Origin: Candidatus Omnitrophota bacterium | Lineage (GTDB): Bacteria; Omnitrophota; Gorgyraeia; 1-14-0-20-64-10 | Reading direction: 5' to 3' | DNA length: 64,000 bases | Assembly: GCA_023818695.1 (NCBI GenBank) | Contig: JAMWCF010000001.1 | Location: 83,306-147,305 of the forward strand | Part shown: positions 8,858 to 18,194 of the stretch, piece after piece | Position numbering within the stretch: position 1 is the first letter of the stretch | Layout: every line of letters begins with the position of its first letter | Translations under genes and position numbers: made by a program | The notes under the pieces: model-generated | Databases searched by the model: none | The model's input: the letters and a program-made list of their open reading frames with translations, nothing else | What the model was told of the DNA's origin: nothing

Positions 8858-8897
8858 AATAAGGCCTGTCGGCATTGCCGATAGGCCTTATTGTTTT
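8858..8897 (+). terminator. intrinsic terminator after the PEP-CTERM gene
   Basis: ~16-bp near-perfect hairpin aataaggcctgtcgg / ccgataggccttatt followed by gtttt. Confidence 0.7.
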
Positions 8898-8910
8898 GAA
8901 CGGAGGGGCG

Positions 8911-9267
8911 ATGGGCGGGAGACTTGACCGGAAAACGCTGGAGGAGATGAAGGGCCGGCTGGAGAGACGGCTGGCGGAACTGACGAAATCGCTGGGCAAG
9001 CACGATAAGCTGACTAGCGAACCGCTGCCCAGCGATTGGGAGGAGGCCTCTTCCATCAAGCCGGAGATGGATGTCGTCGAGTCGCTTGAACGAGGTGAAG
9101 CCAAAGAGATTCGGATGATTCGCGACGCACTGGAGAGGATGAAGGAGGGGACTTACGGGATCTGCGCCGGCTGCGGCAATGGGATCCCTGTGGAGAGGTT
9201 AATGGCCCGGCCCGACTCGGAGCTATGCGTCTCCTGCAAGGAGATTCGAGAGAGAAAAGGCCGGTGA
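8911..9267 (+). CDS. DksA/TraR-family C4 zinc-finger protein
   Basis: CAGCGNGIPVERLMARPDSELCVSC (CxxC-x17-CxxC). Start moved to ATG 8911 (RBS ggagggg) because the track start at 8875 lies inside the terminator hairpin. Confidence 0.75.
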   Translation: MGGRLDRKTLEEMKGRLERRLAELTKSLGKHDKLTSEPLPSDWEEASSIKPEMDVVESLERGEAKEIRMIRDALERMKEGTYGICAGCGNGIPVERLMARPDSELCVSCKEIRERKGR

Positions 9268-9277
9268 CCGTCCGATC

Positions 9278-9385
9278 TTATTTGGACTTTTGGTCTTTCG
9301 TGAAGATCTTCCAGAAGGAGTAGAAGGTCAGCCAGGTGATGAACGCGGCGCTCAAGATCATAAAGATCCAGCCTGAGGGTTTCAT
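9278..9385 (-). CDS. MetS-like small subunit of the NSS transporter (35 aa, not in ORF track)
   Basis: MKPSGWIFMILSAAFITWLTFYSFWKIFTKDQKSK has a single TM and a basic tail. Its ATG overlaps the transporter stop (ATGA at 9382-9385), which implies translational coupling. Confidence 0.5.
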   Translation of the reverse strand: MKPSGWIFMILSAAFITWLTFYSFWKIFTKDQKSK

Positions 9386-10986
9386 TTGGGCACCTTATGC
9401 TGGATGCGGTGTTTCTTCTGCCAGGCCAGGAAGACGAGGAAAATCAGCGTCAAGAGAATGGTTGTCATCAGGAAGCGGGCGAACCAGATGTAGGGGTAAT
9501 CTCCGGGCTGAACGCCCTTCATGAAGATGATTTTGAGCCCGTCCTGCGCGAACCAGGCAACCAGCAGGATGCCCAGGTAGATGGGAGTGACGTACTGCAT
9601 CACGGGGTAGAAGAATTTCGGGATCCGCATGTCGGCCCCCATTTCGATTTCCTTCCAGGCGTTCTTCGGTTTAAAAATCCAGATAAAAAGGATGATTTCT
9701 ACCAGCGCGAAAAGGACGACGCCGAACGTCCCGAGCCAGAAGTCCATCTCATCCAGAAAACCGTGCTTGAGGAAGAAGACGATAGGGATGACAAGGAAGA
9801 GGCACAGCCCTCCGACCATCAGTGCGGCTTTCTGCCGGCTCAACGTAAACTCATCCTGAAGGAAGGCCATCATCGGCTGGGCGAGGGCGATGGAGGAGAG
9901 AAGGCCGGCGATGAAGAGCAGAAAGAACCACAGCGCTCCGAAGAGCTGTCCGCCGGGCAGTTTTTGGAAGATGAGGGGCAGGGCGCAGAAGCCCAGGTCA
10001 AAGGCGCCGCTCTGGGCGATGACCTGCGTTTGCGCCAGCCCGAAGTAGGCCACGGTGACCGGGATGGCGATGAACCCGCCGATCAGGACTTCCGAGAATT
10101 CATTGGTGGCGACCGTTGCCAGTCCGGAGACGACCACGTCGTCCTTTTCCGAGAGATAGCTCGCGTAAGTCTGGATGCAGCCGAACCCAACGCTCAATGT
10201 GAAGAAAATCTGCCCGGTGGCAGCCAGCCAGACCTTCGTGTCCTTCAGCGCTTCGAAATTCGGATTCCACATGAATCCGAGGCCGTTCAGGATGCTCCTG
10301 TCCGGGTAGGCGGGGTCCGGGGTCCCCAGCGTGGCAACGCGCCACACAAGAACGACGCCGATGATGAAGGTAAGGGGGACTCCCCAGGTGGCGACCGCTT
10401 CGATCCCCTTGACGATCCCGCGTGAGAGGATCCAGGTGAGGATGGCGATGGTGATGAAGAGAAAGATCAGGGCCGTCGCGTGGCTGTTGAAATATTCGTT
10501 CTGGGCCCTTCCCTGAAAGGCGGCGAGAAAGTCGACCATCTGCTCATGGCCGGGGACGGCGAGATACTGGCCGGTGAGGGAAAATGCGCTGTAAGCGAGC
10601 GTCCAGGAGACGATGTAGTTGTAATAGATTAAAATCCCGAAAGGCAGGAAGATGCCGATCGCCCCGAGGTATTTGGCGAAAGGGTGATTCCAGAGATAGT
10701 GGAACATTCCCGGCGTCGTGCCGTGGCCGTATTTCCCACCGAAGCGGCCGATTCCCCATTCAATCCACATCAAGGGGATTCCGATGAGGATGAAGGCGAT
10801 GAAATAGGGAATCATGAAAGCACCGCCGCCGTTCTGGGCGCATTGGACGGGGAAGCGGAGGAAGTTTCCTATTCCGATGGCGTTGGCCGCCATGGCCAGC
10901 ACGACGCCGATGCGGGTCGCCCACTTTTCGCGCGTCTTGTGCGCGGAAGGATCCTGTTTGTGAGTGACGCGTTCCTTTCTTGCCAT
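9382..10986 (-). CDS. sodium-dependent transporter, neurotransmitter:sodium symporter (NSS/SNF) family
   Basis: WATRIGVVLAMAANAIGIGNFLRFPVQCAQNGGGAFMIPY is the NSS TM1 signature. The protein has ~12 hydrophobic segments. Confidence 0.9.
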   Translation of the reverse strand: MARKERVTHKQDPSAHKTREKWATRIGVVLAMAANAIGIGNFLRFPVQCAQNGGGAFMIPYFIAFILIGIPLMWIEWGIGRFGGKYGHGTTPGMFHYLWNHPFAKYLGAIGIFLPFGILIYYNYIVSWTLAYSAFSLTGQYLAVPGHEQMVDFLAAFQGRAQNEYFNSHATALIFLFITIAILTWILSRGIVKGIEAVATWGVPLTFIIGVVLVWRVATLGTPDPAYPDRSILNGLGFMWNPNFEALKDTKVWLAATGQIFFTLSVGFGCIQTYASYLSEKDDVVVSGLATVATNEFSEVLIGGFIAIPVTVAYFGLAQTQVIAQSGAFDLGFCALPLIFQKLPGGQLFGALWFFLLFIAGLLSSIALAQPMMAFLQDEFTLSRQKAALMVGGLCLFLVIPIVFFLKHGFLDEMDFWLGTFGVVLFALVEIILFIWIFKPKNAWKEIEMGADMRIPKFFYPVMQYVTPIYLGILLVAWFAQDGLKIIFMKGVQPGDYPYIWFARFLMTTILLTLIFLVFLAWQKKHRIQHKVPK

Positions 10987-11065
10987 AGAAGGTTTATTTA
11001 GATTACACCTGTTTTTAGTTTTTGAAAAAGAAAAATGTCCTCCAGTTTTGGTAGGATAGAAGAAC

Positions 11066-11827
11066 GTGATGGAGAATATCTTTCAATTTGAAAATCTGGC
11101 GGCCCTTCTGACGCTGACGGCGCTGGAGATTGTGCTGGGGGTCGACAACGTCGTCTTTATCTCGATCCTGACGGGAAAGCTTCCCCGCTCCCGGCAGGAG
11201 CAGGCCAGGAGGGTGGGACTCGGGTTGGCCATGTTCATGCGGCTGGCCCTTCTTTTTTCCATCAGCTGGGTGATGGGGCTGACCCGGCCGCTTTTCTCGG
11301 TCCTCGGAAAGGAGATTTCGGGCCGGGACCTGATCCTGGTGATCGGAGGTCTGTTTCTGCTGGCCAAGAGCACCAGCGAGATCCATGAGAAACTGGAAGG
11401 GGAGACAGCCGGAGCCAGGGGGGTGGGCAAAGGGGTCTCCTTCTCGGGGATCATTTTCCAGATTATCCTGCTGGACATTGTTTTCTCGCTGGATTCGGTG
11501 ATTACGGCGGTCGGTATGTCGGACGAGATCGCCGTCATGTGCCTGGCGGTTATCATCGCGGTTGGGTTCATGATGGTCTTCGCGGGGGCGATCAGCTCCT
11601 TCGTGCATAAGCACCCCACCGTCAAGATGCTGGCGCTGGCTTTCCTGCTGCTGATCGGGGTGGCTCTGGTGGCGGATGGCCTGCACCACCATATCCCCAA
11701 AGGGTACATTTACTTCGCGATGGCTTTTTCCGTGTTCGTGGAAATGTTGAACTTAAGGATGCGGGCGGCGAAAACGCCGCCGCTGGAATTGCGGGAACCG
11801 CAGATGATGACGGAGAAGTGGAAATGA
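11066..11827 (+). CDS. TerC-family integral membrane protein
   Basis: LEIVLGVDNVVFISIL and a repeated FSLDSVITAVGM motif. Confidence 0.85.
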   Translation: MMENIFQFENLAALLTLTALEIVLGVDNVVFISILTGKLPRSRQEQARRVGLGLAMFMRLALLFSISWVMGLTRPLFSVLGKEISGRDLILVIGGLFLLAKSTSEIHEKLEGETAGARGVGKGVSFSGIIFQIILLDIVFSLDSVITAVGMSDEIAVMCLAVIIAVGFMMVFAGAISSFVHKHPTVKMLALAFLLLIGVALVADGLHHHIPKGYIYFAMAFSVFVEMLNLRMRAAKTPPLELREPQMMTEKWK

Positions 11828-11881
11828 AGCGATGGATGGTTGCTGTTTTACTGATCGCGGTTGGATTCGCCGTGGCGGCTG

Positions 11882-14800
11882 TCAAGGCGATGGCGTGGAA
11901 TCACTGCCCGCCATCTCCCGGCTGTCCCTGCTGAACCGGATCGGCTGATGTGCCTTTCGGTCGGTGGATCCCCAGCCGCCGCCGAGCGCTTTGACCAGCA
12001 GAATGGTTGAAGCCATCTGCTGGTTTCTGATCTGCACCGCGGCCCGTTCCGCCTCCAGGCAGGCGCGTCGTGCGTCGATCACCTCCAGATAGTTGACCAG
12101 TCCCTGCGCGTACCGCTCGTTGGAAAGTGAGGCGGCCCGCCGGGCCGCCTCAACGACACGATCCTGGGCTTCGGCTTGTTCCCGCCTTAGACGGAGATTC
12201 ACCAGCGCGTCCTCGGTTTCCCGGATGGCGGTCAGCACCTTTTGTTTGTAAGCCGCGAGGGTCTCCTCGTAGCCGGAGCGGATCGCCCTGAAGTTCGCCA
12301 TATTCCGGCCGACGGCGGTCAGGGGGAAGGAGACGCCCGGGCCGATCGACCAAACCCGGCTGTCCCACGTCAGCACGTCTTTGGAAGAAGGGGTATCGAA
12401 CCCGCCGGAAGCGGTGAGGGTGATTGTCGGGAAAAAAGCGGCCTGCGCGACACCGATCTTGGCGTTGGCGGCGGCCATCCGCCGTTCCGCCTCGGCGATG
12501 TCCGGCCGGCGTTCCAACAAACTGGAGGGCAGGCCGGCCGGGATGGACGGCGGATCGGCGGCCAGCGGCATGAGGGCCAGCTTGAAGCCGGACGCCGGCT
12601 GGCCGCACAAGAGGGCCAGGGCATTCTCCAGTTCGGCCCGACGGCGGGAGAGGTCGATCACCTCGGCTTCCGCGGTGGAAAGCTCCGTCTCGGCCCGGGC
12701 GACATCCAGGTTGTCGCCGATGCCTCCCTCCATCCGTTCGCGCATGACCTCCAGCGCCTCCCTGCGCAGGCCGACCGTTTTCAGGAGGATCGCCCGTTCC
12801 GAATCCAGCGCCTGAAGGGTGAAATAATTCAAAGCGACGTCGGTCGTCAAGATGAGCAGGATGGAGTGGTAGGCCTCTTCAGCGGCGATTGCTTCGGCGC
12901 GCGCCGCTTCAAACGATCGCCGCACCTTCCCCCAGAGGTCGATTTCGTAGCTTAGGTCCAAGGGGATTTTATAATTCTGGTTTTGGATCACCCTGTTGCC
13001 GCTGCCGAAGCCGGAGAGGGAACGGCGGAACCTTTCGTAGGAAGCGCCGGCGGTGACGTTTGGGACGAATCCAGACTGGCTGACCCTCGCCAGGGCGCGG
13101 GCCTGGGTGACGCGGGCCACCGCCGCCTTGAGGTCCTGGTTGGCTTCCACCGCCTGCATCTCCAGCAGGTTCAGTTGGTGATCGCCGAAGATCTCCCACC
13201 AGGGACCGCGGGGCTCCTGGTCCCGCGGCGCCGCCTCCTTCCACTGGACAGCGGAGGGAGGGGTTTTCCACTCGGCCGGCATGGCGATCTCCGGACGGCG
13301 GTAGTTCGGGCCGACGGCGCAGCCGGCCGTCAGAAAGGGAAGGAGCAGAAGAACCGCCGTTCCGGCGGTCGCCCGGGGGAGTTCCAGTTTGCGGCCCCGT
13401 AGCCGGCCGAACAGACGGCTGAAGGTGACGTACATGACCGGGATGATGAACAGCGTCAAGAAGGTGCTGGTCAACATGCCGCCGACCACGACCATGCCCA
13501 GCGGCCTGCGGCTTTCGGCCCCGGCCCCGAAGCCGATGGCGACCGGCAGTGTGCCTGCGAATGTCGAGAAGGCAGTCATCAGAATCGGCCGCAGCCGGAT
13601 CCGGCCGGCCGAGATCATCGCCTCCTGTGCCGATTTGCCGTTGGCCATTTCCTGGTTCGCGAAATCCACGAGCAGGATGCCGTTCTTCGTGATGAGGCCC
13701 AGCAGCAGGAGGATGCCGATCTGGCTGAACAGGTTGATCCCCATCGAGGGGATTCGTGGGACGATCGCCGAAAGGGCTTTCGCGACGGCCGGTGGGTCCG
13801 GCGCGTAATGAGCCCAGCCGTACAACATCGTGCCGAAGATGTTCACTTGCGCCATCAGCCAGAGCAGTCCGAACGCCCCGATCGCGCCAAGGGGGATCGT
13901 CAGCATGACGGTCAGCGGGTGGCTCCAGCTTTCGAACTGGGCCGCGAGGACCAGATAAATGATCATGATCGCCAGCGTGAGAACGAACACCGTGTCCCGG
14001 CTCGCTTCCCGGACATTCCGCGCTTCGCCGGCCCACTCGAAGCGGGCCCCTTCGGGGAGCTCCTTTTTGAGCATCTTCTCGGTCTGGTCCATGACCGTCC
14101 CGATTGCGGCGCCGACGGGGGTCGCTTCGATGGTGGAGGATCGGAATCGGTTGTAATGGTTGATTGCGCTGGGACCGGCGCCGATGGTGTAGGTGGTGAT
14201 GCTGCTTAATTGAATGAGGTCGCCGGCGGCGTTTCGCGCGTACAGCTTTTCAAGGTCGGACGGCGTCAGCCGGGCTTCCCGTTCCAGCTGGACGATCACA
14301 TCGTACTCTTTTCCCTGCAGGTTGATTTTCGCCAGGTCCAGCCCGCCGAAGAGGATCTGCAGGGTCCGGGAGACATCTTCGATGGAGACGCCCAGGGAAG
14401 CGGCCCTGGCTCGGTCGATCTGGACGCGCAGTTCCGGTTTGTCGAGCTGGAACGTCGGCCGGACGTTCATCAGCGTCCCCGTGGCGCGCAGTTTGTTTGC
14501 GATTTTCTGGCTGATTTCGTTGAGCGTCTTCAGGTCCTGGTGCTGGAGGACCAGCTGGAAATTCTGGCCGAACCCGAAACCGATCGCTTTCGGGACGATC
14601 GGGATGGCGATGGCCCCCTCGATGTCGTTGAAAAACTTGCTGCCGAGCCCGTTCGGGCCGGCGATGATGTCTTGGACGGAGCGGTCCCGTTCCTCTTTGA
14701 GCCGGATGAAGGCCAGCCCCTCGTTGGCCCTTCCCACGCTCCCGCGCGCCAGCGCCACGGCGGAGAAATACCCGTCCACCTCCGGTGTTTCCCGGATGAA

Positions 14801-16552
14801 CCCCTCCATCTTCCGGACCATCCGGCTGGTGTATTCGCTGGTGGCTCCTTCCGGCGCGATGGCGATGCAGAAGAGCCGTCCCTTGTCCTCGTCCGGCAGG
14901 AATTCCTTGTCAAGCCGGGTATAGAGGAAAACAGACAGCACGAACGTCAGGGTGCCGATCAGCATCATCAGGCCGGAATGGTTGAGCGACCATCGAAGCC
15001 ATTTGTCGTAGCGGGCCGTCATGTTCGTCAGCCACCGTTCAAAATGGGCGATCAACCCCGATCCGACATGTCCGGGATTCGGCCGCAGCGCGCGGGCGCA
15101 GATCATCGGAGACAGCGTGAGCGAGACGAATGCAGAAACGAGCACGGAGACGGAGATCGTCACGGCGAACTCGACGAACAAGCGGCCGGTCGTGGTCGTC
15201 TGGAATGCCATCGGCAGGAAGATCGCGACGAGCGCCAGCGTTGTGGCGATCACCGCGAACGTGATTTCCCGCATGCCTTTGCGCGCCGCCTCGAACGGGG
15301 GCATCCCTTCATCGATGTGACGGTGAATGTTCTCGACGACGACGATCGTGTCGTCCACCACCTCGCCGAGCGCCAGGACCAGCGAAAGCATGGTGATGAT
15401 GTTGATCGAGTAGCCGAAGAAATAGAGCACGCCGAATGTGGCCACGACCGAAACGGGGATCGTGATGCTGGGCACCAGCGTGGCCCGGAAGTTGTAAAGG
15501 AATACGTAGATCGATATGACGACCAGCACGAACGACATCCACAGCGTTTCCCAGACCTCGGAGATCGCTTTTTCGACGTAAACCGATTCGTCGTAAGGAA
15601 TCGACGTTTCGATCCCCTCGGGCAGCAGCGGCTTGATCCGCTGAAGCTCCTTCTTTACCGCTTTGGCGACGGCGACCGCGTTGGCCTTCGACTGCTTGAT
15701 CACGCCGACGCCGACGGCCGGACGGGAGTTGAACCTGGCTTCCGAATGCTCGTCTTCGACGCCGACGGCCGCGCGCCCGATGTCTTTCAGCGTGACGAGC
15801 GTTGAGCCGTCCCGTTTGATTACGAGGTTGTCGTATTCCTCCGGCGTTTTCATCTGACCCCGCATCTCGATCGAGAGCTCTCTTTGCCGGTTCTCGATCC
15901 GGCCGCTGGGCAGCTCGACGCTCTGCTGACGCAGGGCGTTCTGAACGTCGAGTACGGTCACCCCCCGGGCCGCCATCTTCTCGGAGTCAAGCCACAGCCG
16001 GATGGCGAACCGTTTGGAGCCCCCCAGCAGGATTGAGCTGACCCCAGGCACCGTCTGGAGCCGGTCTTTGATCTGGTTTTCAGCGATCGAGGTCAGCTCA
16101 AGCGTGCTGAACCGGTCGCTGAAGAGCGCGATCCACATCGACGGGCGGGCGTCGGCGTCCTGTTTGGCGACGACCGGTTCCTCGACATCCTCCGGCAGCC
16201 GGCCCCGGACGCGGGAAACTCTGTCCCGCACGTCCTGCGCGGCCAGGTCGACATCGCGGGAGAGGTCGAACTCGACCGTGATGTTGCTGACCTGCTCGCG
16301 GCTTTCGCTCGAAAGGGTCTTGATTCCCTCGATGCTGGTGAGTGCCTCCTCGAGCCGTTCGGTCACCTGGGCCTCGATGACGGCGGCGCTTGAGCCGGGA
16401 TAGACGGTGGTGACCGTGACGATCGGCGGGTCTACGTCGGGGAGTTCCCGGACCGGCAGACGGGACAAACCGACCGCGCCGAAGAGGATGAGCCCCAGAC
16501 TCATCACCGTGGCCAGGACCGGGCGCCGGATACTGACTTCAGGCAGAAGCAT
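11882..16552 (-). CDS. RND efflux permease (AcrB-like, aa 1-~1050) fused in frame to a NodT-type outer-membrane factor lipoprotein (aa ~1078-1556)
   Basis: N-terminus MLLPEVSIRRPVLATVMSL...PDVDPPIVTV is AcrB-like. At the junction, ...IPVMYVTFSRLFGRLRGRKLELPRATAGTAVLLLLPFLTAGC|AVGPNYRRPE carries a lipobox Cys codon at 13319-13321. There is no stop and no ATG/GTG/TTG between the two parts. Confidence 0.8.
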   Translation of the reverse strand: MLLPEVSIRRPVLATVMSLGLILFGAVGLSRLPVRELPDVDPPIVTVTTVYPGSSAAVIEAQVTERLEEALTSIEGIKTLSSESREQVSNITVEFDLSRDVDLAAQDVRDRVSRVRGRLPEDVEEPVVAKQDADARPSMWIALFSDRFSTLELTSIAENQIKDRLQTVPGVSSILLGGSKRFAIRLWLDSEKMAARGVTVLDVQNALRQQSVELPSGRIENRQRELSIEMRGQMKTPEEYDNLVIKRDGSTLVTLKDIGRAAVGVEDEHSEARFNSRPAVGVGVIKQSKANAVAVAKAVKKELQRIKPLLPEGIETSIPYDESVYVEKAISEVWETLWMSFVLVVISIYVFLYNFRATLVPSITIPVSVVATFGVLYFFGYSINIITMLSLVLALGEVVDDTIVVVENIHRHIDEGMPPFEAARKGMREITFAVIATTLALVAIFLPMAFQTTTTGRLFVEFAVTISVSVLVSAFVSLTLSPMICARALRPNPGHVGSGLIAHFERWLTNMTARYDKWLRWSLNHSGLMMLIGTLTFVLSVFLYTRLDKEFLPDEDKGRLFCIAIAPEGATSEYTSRMVRKMEGFIRETPEVDGYFSAVALARGSVGRANEGLAFIRLKEERDRSVQDIIAGPNGLGSKFFNDIEGAIAIPIVPKAIGFGFGQNFQLVLQHQDLKTLNEISQKIANKLRATGTLMNVRPTFQLDKPELRVQIDRARAASLGVSIEDVSRTLQILFGGLDLAKINLQGKEYDVIVQLEREARLTPSDLEKLYARNAAGDLIQLSSITTYTIGAGPSAINHYNRFRSSTIEATPVGAAIGTVMDQTEKMLKKELPEGARFEWAGEARNVREASRDTVFVLTLAIMIIYLVLAAQFESWSHPLTVMLTIPLGAIGAFGLLWLMAQVNIFGTMLYGWAHYAPDPPAVAKALSAIVPRIPSMGINLFSQIGILLLLGLITKNGILLVDFANQEMANGKSAQEAMISAGRIRLRPILMTAFSTFAGTLPVAIGFGAGAESRRPLGMVVVGGMLTSTFLTLFIIPVMYVTFSRLFGRLRGRKLELPRATAGTAVLLLLPFLTAGCAVGPNYRRPEIAMPAEWKTPPSAVQWKEAAPRDQEPRGPWWEIFGDHQLNLLEMQAVEANQDLKAAVARVTQARALARVSQSGFVPNVTAGASYERFRRSLSGFGSGNRVIQNQNYKIPLDLSYEIDLWGKVRRSFEAARAEAIAAEEAYHSILLILTTDVALNYFTLQALDSERAILLKTVGLRREALEVMRERMEGGIGDNLDVARAETELSTAEAEVIDLSRRRAELENALALLCGQPASGFKLALMPLAADPPSIPAGLPSSLLERRPDIAEAERRMAAANAKIGVAQAAFFPTITLTASGGFDTPSSKDVLTWDSRVWSIGPGVSFPLTAVGRNMANFRAIRSGYEETLAAYKQKVLTAIRETEDALVNLRLRREQAEAQDRVVEAARRAASLSNERYAQGLVNYLEVIDARRACLEAERAAVQIRNQQMASTILLVKALGGGWGSTDRKAHQPIRFSRDSREMAGSDSTPSP

Positions 16553-16564
16553 AACGCGGAGACC

Positions 16565-17629
16565 TCATGGGCTGGCCTTCTCCTCGTACCGGACCTGCAC
16601 CTTGCCGCCGGGCCGGACTTTCTGCGTCCCTTCGATCACGACGGTTTCCCCTTCCGAGACACCGGAGAGGATCTCCACCGCGTCGGCCAGCCGCGCGCCG
16701 GTTTGGACCTGGCGAATCTGTGCGGAGGAGGTTTCATCCACGACGAACACGGAGGCAGCATCCCCCTGGAGCGTCAAGGCGATTTCAGGGATGACGACCG
16801 CCTTCTCCCGGACCTGGAGGATCAGGTTGAGGTTCACGAACATGCCGCGGCGCAGTTTCCCTTCGGGGTTGGGGACCCGGGCCTTGACCAGCGCGGTCCG
16901 GGTCGCTTCATCGATTTGAGGATCGATGAAATAAACCGTTCCGGTGAATCGTTCATCCGGGTAAGCCGCCACCGCGACTTCCACCTCCTGCCCCTCCTGC
17001 AGCCGGGAGAGATGCCGTTCCGGCACCCTGAACTCCGCTTTCATCGGGTCGGGATGCAGGAGGGTGGTCAGCGGGGTCCCCGCGGCGATAAACTGGCCGG
17101 GGCTGACCAGGCGGGCCCCGGTCACGCCGTCGAACGGCGCGGCGATGTCGGCGTCCTCCAGACGGGCCTTCAGCAGGGAAACGGTTGCCTGGGCCGCTTC
17201 AAAGGCGGCGACGGCCTGATCGACCTCCTGTTTGGAAACAGCCCGCGTTTGCGAGAGGGCCTCATAGCGGCGTCGGTTCGAGTCAGTCAGCTTCAGGTTG
17301 GCCTGCGCTTCGGCCAGCTGGGCTTCCAGTTTCCGCCGGTCGATCCGCAGCAGCAGCTGGCCCTCCTTCACCGTTTGGCCCTCTTCGAAAAGAATCTCCT
17401 CGATCACGCCCTCGATCTGCGATTTGATCTCCACCCACTCATTGGCTTCGAGGGATCCGGTCAACGAGATGGTGTCCTGGATGGGACGGATTTCGGCCTT
17501 GAAGCCGACCACCTGCACGGGCATCCCGCCGGATGGCGGACCTCCAGCTTTGCCGCAGCCGCCTGCAAGCCAGAGCAGGGGTATCGCGGCCAGAGCGAAA
17601 AGGGATCCATTGTCCGGACGGATATGCAT
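16565..17629 (-). CDS. RND efflux periplasmic adaptor (membrane fusion protein)
   Basis: Lipoprotein-like N-terminus (LLWLAGGCGK). Coiled-coil hairpin plus barrel-sandwich pattern typical of the HlyD/AcrA family. Sits 12 nt upstream of the RND gene. Confidence 0.85.
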   Translation of the reverse strand: MHIRPDNGSLFALAAIPLLWLAGGCGKAGGPPSGGMPVQVVGFKAEIRPIQDTISLTGSLEANEWVEIKSQIEGVIEEILFEEGQTVKEGQLLLRIDRRKLEAQLAEAQANLKLTDSNRRRYEALSQTRAVSKQEVDQAVAAFEAAQATVSLLKARLEDADIAAPFDGVTGARLVSPGQFIAAGTPLTTLLHPDPMKAEFRVPERHLSRLQEGQEVEVAVAAYPDERFTGTVYFIDPQIDEATRTALVKARVPNPEGKLRRGMFVNLNLILQVREKAVVIPEIALTLQGDAASVFVVDETSSAQIRQVQTGARLADAVEILSGVSEGETVVIEGTQKVRPGGKVQVRYEEKASP

Positions 17630-17641
17630 GGCGATTTTTCC

Positions 17642-18118
17642 TTATGTGTTCGGGGTCGGCCGGGACAAGCCGTCCACGAGCTTGTTGACGATATCCATAT
17701 ACTGGGAACGTTCAGAATCGGTCAGCGGTTTGAACAGCTTCCGAACGCTTTTCCGGCGCTGTTTGTAGACTTCATCGATGATGTCGCGCCCCTTCGGCGT
17801 GATGGTCACGTGGACCGCGCGCCGGTCCTCTTCGCTGCGGGACCGTCTGACCAGACCGTTCTTGACGAGCCGGTTCACCAGGCCGGTTGCGGCGGGAAAA
17901 GTCATGTTGAGCCCCTTGGCCAGCTCGTTCATCTGGCAGGAGCCGCGTCTTTTCAGGCACTCCAGCGCCCAGAACTGGGGAAGGGTGATGTCCCCCCGCG
18001 ACAGCACGTTGCTCTCGTGCCGCATGAGGGCCCTGGCCAGGATCGCAATCTTCTCCGTCCACCACGCGGCGAACTCTTCCAGCGTTACTTTCGGCATGGG
18101 GTATCCATTTATTTGCAT
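17642..18118 (-). CDS. MarR-family transcriptional regulator (first gene of the efflux operon)
   Basis: ITLPQFWALECLKRRGSCQMNELAKGLNMTFPAATGLVNRLVKNGLVRRSRSEEDRRAVHVTITPKG is a winged HTH. Start taken at ATG 18118 (alternative 18097). The upstream 122 aa of the track ORF look non-coding. Confidence 0.8.
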   Translation of the reverse strand: MQINGYPMPKVTLEEFAAWWTEKIAILARALMRHESNVLSRGDITLPQFWALECLKRRGSCQMNELAKGLNMTFPAATGLVNRLVKNGLVRRSRSEEDRRAVHVTITPKGRDIIDEVYKQRRKSVRKLFKPLTDSERSQYMDIVNKLVDGLSRPTPNT

Positions 18119-18194
18119 GCCATATATTTCATCATGTGAAGTATACAGGATGAGAAGTAAGTAATCAACCCCGACCTGAAAAGTAACGGAGCTT

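Noticed and set aside
10987-11065. Looked for a yybP-ykoY (Mn) riboswitch upstream of the TerC genes at 11066 and 63642.
   Set aside because: The intergenic spaces are only ~80 nt (an AT-rich divergent promoter) and 6 nt. No conserved riboswitch helices were found.
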